From Ptychomitrium polyphyllum (Eukaryota): a DNA stretch of 64,000 nt. The position numbers and the translations under genes were made by a program. Under the pieces are notes generated by a model that ran no database searches, was not told the DNA's origin, and saw nothing but the letters and a program-made list of their open reading frames with translations. This document shows, piece after piece, positions 63,710 to 64,000 of this stretch (within the stretch, counting starts at the first letter, position 1; every line of letters begins with the position of its first letter). The stretch lies in contig OZ316775.1 in the NCBI GenBank assembly GCA_973851085.1, positions 9,672,001-9,736,000 on the forward strand, given 5' to 3'.

Positions 63710-64000
63710 CTGCAAAGCATGAACCAGGCAAGGTGAGAAAATACGAAGCCATCATATTTTAATACATTTGTCACCCAGTGAAGAATCCGATGAGTACGGA
63801 GTAAGTGGAATTTTCAAAGTGCACCTGCAAAGGATTGAAGCCTTCTACCAGTAGCGAGTAGAGACAGCGTGGAAGATTCAGAGCCTCCATTCGCAACGCC
63901 GATCCCAGTGATCTTAATCTTTGGAGGTGGCAGCTTCTTAGGCTGGGAAGCAAATGCTTGAAGTAAAGCTGCCCACTGTATTCCATGAGTGATTCCAAAG

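Noticed and set aside
63771..63998. 75-aa minus-strand ORF as an upstream GRAS exon
   Set aside because: No GRAS motifs; most likely intron sequence.

Overview
Eukaryotic nuclear DNA from a land plant, most likely a moss such as Physcomitrium (inferred from GT-AG introns, plant gene families, a decayed gypsy pol fragment and sharply bounded AT-rich blocks). I reconstructed 12 protein-coding genes by reading ORFs and splice sites: a DUF604 glycosyltransferase, a multi-exon BTB/POZ + soloist-type AP2 fusion gene, an F-box/kelch-like gene, a SAG20/WUN1-like NTF2-fold gene, an intronless orphan (208 aa), a DUF1218 gene, an intronless FtsHi5, a SYP13 syntaxin, a secreted vanadium-haloperoxidase-like (PAP2 superfamily) gene, STRAP-like WD40, TRM6/Gcd10 and the 3' end of a GRAS gene. 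Repeats include a ~19-copy 114-bp tandem array, a degenerate ~26-bp motif array, an intronic inverted repeat and a local duplicate of a TRM6 exon/intron piece. The strongest novelty candidates are the BTB-AP2 fusion and the haloperoxidase-like protein with two altered active-site residues (possible horizontal origin). There is no CRISPR array, rRNA or tRNA that I can support. All family calls come from remembered motifs; no searches were run.
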